64,000 nt of DNA from an uncultured Methanosarcinaceae archaeon (GTDB lineage: Archaea > Halobacteriota > Methanosarcinia > Methanosarcinales > Methanosarcinaceae): positions 83,365 to 147,364 of the forward strand of contig CAVRJG010000045.1 in the NCBI GenBank assembly GCA_963721455.1, read 5' to 3'. The position numbers and the translations under genes are program-made. Below, one piece after another: positions 62,438 through 64,000 of the stretch. Under the pieces are notes generated by a model that was not told where the DNA came from, searched no databases, and saw only the letters and a program-made list of their open reading frames with translations. Position 1 is the stretch's first letter. Each line of letters starts with the position of its first letter.

Positions 62438-62815
62438 CAGGAGAATACGGAAGCCCGGATGTAAGATATTAGGGAGCAGTGGGAATCCGAGATATCACAT
62501 TATGTAGAGATAAACATAACGAAAGGAAACATACTATAATATTAAATGGGTTTTGACAGAAAATCAGCCAATTTTACAGGGCTGAGGGATTGATAAACTC
62601 CAGCCTCCGAACCAAAGCTTGCGAGAAGAACCGCAGAGCAATGGATAGTCCGAAATCTGGTTTTCATTAGTTTCCACAGGTATGTCAGACGTAACATATC
62701 CATGTAAAAGTAAGATAAGACTATTGCGCTCAAATTTATATAAACAAGTATTTTATAAAATTGTCGATAGAGAATGGTTATTCTCAAGCAAGATGCCGCA
62801 GATGTAAAGGAAATC

Positions 62816-62947
62816 GGACTTACGCACTTGAAGTACAAAATCAAGCATACTTGGCGTTGTGACTGGTTTAGTGTTTTAGCGACTGATTTAGTGTTTTAAC
62901 AGTTGGGGTTTAATGCTATTGATTTCTCAGTTCAACCACGTAAGTAC
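62816..62947. mobile_element. ~130-bp MITE with GGACTTACGCA-type ends, copy 1 (degenerate right end)
   Basis: ggacttacgcacttg...tattgatttctcagttcaaccacgtaagtac; homologous to 63890..64000. Confidence 0.7.
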
Positions 62948-63008
62948 TATATCCGCGTAAATCCTGTATATCCGCGTAAATCCTGTATATCCACGTAAAT
63001 ACTGTATA
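62948..63008. repeat. 19-bp tandem repeat, 3 copies
   Basis: tatatccgcgtaaatcctg twice, then tatatccacgtaaatactg. Confidence 0.85.
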
Positions 63009-63040
63009 ATACGTTATATTTGTATTACAGGAGTGGAATA

Positions 63041-63868
63041 ATGAGAAAAGAACTGATAATTCTGTTAGTATTGCTAAGCGTATTCCTTGCAATAGGATGC
63101 GCTGGTCAGAAAGGTGAAGCTCCAGATGCAACGGTGACTCCAGTTACAGCAGTAACTCCAGCTACAGCAGGGCCTGAAGTTATAACAGTTTCTGCGGCTG
63201 CTAGCCTTAATGACGCTTTTACGGACATTGCTTCCCAATATGAAGCGAAAAATCCTGGAACGAATGTAAGCCTGAATTTCGGAGGCTCAGGTAGCCTGCG
63301 TATGCAAATAGAAGGAGGAGCTCCTGTCGATGTTTTTGCCTCAGCGGACGAGAATCAGATGGACATACTTGCCAATGAATCAGTTATCACAAACAATTCA
63401 AGAAAAGACTTTGCTCACAATTCACTTGTGCTTATTGCCCCTGAAAACAATACCCTTAATATAACTGACATAAAAGATCTGGCTGACCCTAAAATTCAGA
63501 AGATAAGCATTGGAAACCCTGATATAGCCCCTGTCGGAAAATATACACGCCTTGCGCTGACTGAAGCGGGCTTGTGGAGTCAGCTTGAAGATAAGATGGT
63601 ACTTGCTGAAGACGTCAGACAAGTACTTGTATACGTGGAAAGAGGAGAAGTTGATGCAGGGTTTGTATACATAACCGATGCAAAAACTGCAAAACCAGGC
63701 GCTATTGAAATAGTTACAAACGTGTCTGTTAGTACCCCTGTTACATATCCGATAGCTGTTGTTTCTTCTTCCGAACACAAAGAAAAAGCTCAGAAGTTCC
63801 TTGATTTCGTAACCGGGAAAGAAGGACAGGAAATACTGAAAGAATATGGTTTTGTTCCCCAATCTTGA
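63041..63868 (+). CDS. modA: Molybdate ABC transporter substrate-binding lipoprotein
   Basis: Lipobox LAIGC; SAAASL, GGSGSL..QIEGGAPVDVFASA, APVGKY and DAGFVY motifs. Confidence 0.95.
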   Translation: MRKELIILLVLLSVFLAIGCAGQKGEAPDATVTPVTAVTPATAGPEVITVSAAASLNDAFTDIASQYEAKNPGTNVSLNFGGSGSLRMQIEGGAPVDVFASADENQMDILANESVITNNSRKDFAHNSLVLIAPENNTLNITDIKDLADPKIQKISIGNPDIAPVGKYTRLALTEAGLWSQLEDKMVLAEDVRQVLVYVERGEVDAGFVYITDAKTAKPGAIEIVTNVSVSTPVTYPIAVVSSSEHKEKAQKFLDFVTGKEGQEILKEYGFVPQS

Positions 63869-63889
63869 TAAAAGATGGGACTTACAATA

Positions 63890-64000
63890 AGACTTACGCA
63901 GTTGATATGTAAAATCAAGTACATCAGACGTTGTGTTAAAGGTATTCATTAGGCAGTTGAAGGCTTACTATTATTGATTTCTCAGTTCAACTGCGTAAGT
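63890..64000. mobile_element. MITE with GGACTTACGCA-type ends, copy 2 (cut by window end)
   Basis: agacttacgcagttga...tcaactgcgtaagt, inverted match at both ends. Confidence 0.75.

Noticed and set aside
62590-62660. cctccgaacc segment as a Moco/Wco riboswitch
   Set aside because: Lacks the other conserved elements of that motif; ModE-like DNA boxes explain the region better.

Overview
Archaeal chromosomal window from a Methanosarcina species, inferred from gene content. The backbone carries the methanol methyltransferase operon mtaCB with a divergent Msr-type regulator, msrB, dut, a DhnA-type aldolase, ferredoxin, asd, larBC, pyrH, ribose-1,5-bisphosphate isomerase, fibrillarin/nop5/mptG, an XPD-like helicase, two flavoprotein/redox clusters, modD-like/DUF364, the molybdenum formylmethanofuran dehydrogenase operon fmdEFACDB and modA. 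The accessory layer is rich. It includes an IS630 inside an ABC permease gene, two MITE families, a modular hairpin repeat family (3 copies) and four IS200/IS605-type ends. One of these is a 389-bp tnpB-less element that appears to keep the omegaRNA module behind its own TATA box. A 3.5-kb island encoding a DUF4157 (eCIS-type) protein with a restriction-nuclease-like C-terminus plus a RelE toxin-antitoxin pair sits in a duplicated ABC permease/ATPase junction. There is also a candidate two-hairpin sRNA and a set of ModE-like boxes. Several single-base frameshifts, including one in pyrH, may be assembly errors. No rRNA, tRNA or CRISPR array was seen. All calls come from reading the sequence; no searches were run.
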